Program-made: the position numbers and the translations under genes
NCBI RefSeq assembly: GCF_032444005.1
Contig: NC_091289.1
Coordinates: 182,404,001 to 182,468,000, forward strand
Origin: Ranitomeya imitator
Lineage: Eukaryota
Length of the DNA stretch: 64,000 bases
Direction of reading: 5' to 3'
The notes under the pieces: generated by a model
Seen by the model: only the letters and a program-made list of their open reading frames with translations
Database searches by the model: none
What the model was told of the DNA's origin: nothing
Part shown: one piece after another, positions 63,500 to 64,000 of the stretch
Layout: each line of letters starts with the position of its first letter
How positions within the stretch are numbered: the first letter of the stretch is position 1

Positions 63500-64000
63500 C
63501 TTCCACCATGTTATTAGTATTAGCTTGTTTTATAATTTGACATGCTATACGCTCATGTTATTGTTCTCCTACTGCTTTTGCACCGAACTGGTTAGCGAAG
63601 AGCCAGCAGGAGGGTGTATACTGCAGAGGAGGAGCGAACTTTCTTTGCATCACTTAGTGTTAGCAGCATACACCCACAGTCTGTGTCCCCCAATGAATGG
63701 CTAGGAGCGGAGGATTTTACGGTAAGTACACAAAAAAAAAAATCCCTATTTTTTATTCCCTGATTGTTCTTGGACACAACCTTCACGGAATCCCCCTTCT
63801 AGGCACAGATGTAACACTACAGGACATATTCTAGGACAAGAGAGCAACTCCCCAATTCAGAATGGTTCCCCATGTGTCTGATTTTATAATGGATTTAAAA
63901 GCGAGTGTTGCCTGTTTGAATGCAGTGAAGTCGCCTTGCGAATGTGTTTTCTTCCAATGCCGCTCTGCTACCCTGGACAGTTACTGGGGCTTTTTAGTGC

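Larger units (their letters stand above)
57708..63751 (+). mobile_element. Full-length, inactivated DIRS1-type tyrosine-recombinase retrotransposon
   Basis: Left ITR 57709-57828 is inverted relative to right ITR 63586-63696; ICR at 63409-63499; decayed RT, RNase H and YR coding remnants in between. Confidence 0.9.

Noticed and set aside
56960-64000. Expected CDC20 3' end (convergent with ELOVL1 in mammals)
   Set aside because: No CDC20 WD40 or C-terminal IR-tail coding sequence was found on the minus strand; it probably lies beyond the window.

Overview
Repeat-rich vertebrate genomic DNA, most likely an anuran (frog); the species is not determinable from this window. Protein-coding content is the conserved SZT2(-)/MED8(+)/ELOVL1(+) block. 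SZT2 exon 1 lies head-to-head with MED8 across a 174-bp bidirectional promoter. MED8 is complete (7 coding exons, 268 aa) and ELOVL1 is complete (7 coding exons, 293 aa, HIFHH motif, KxKxx ER signal). About 19 kb is minisatellite; almost all long ORFs in the track are artefacts of these arrays. Mobile elements are a decayed Tc1, tRNA-derived V-type SINEs, an L2 3' end, many MITEs and a full-length but dead DIRS1-type retrotransposon with ITRs and ICR. The most notable structure is at 28857-29614: a 329-bp-arm near-perfect palindrome, flanked by an exact 15-bp TSD, carrying a minimal type I hammerhead ribozyme motif in each arm (Penelope-like signature). A second inverted-plus-tandem insertion with a 15-bp TSD interrupts the DIRS recombinase. 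Splicing MED8 exon 6 to exon 7 regenerates the exon 6 donor. All coordinates were read by hand; no searches were run.
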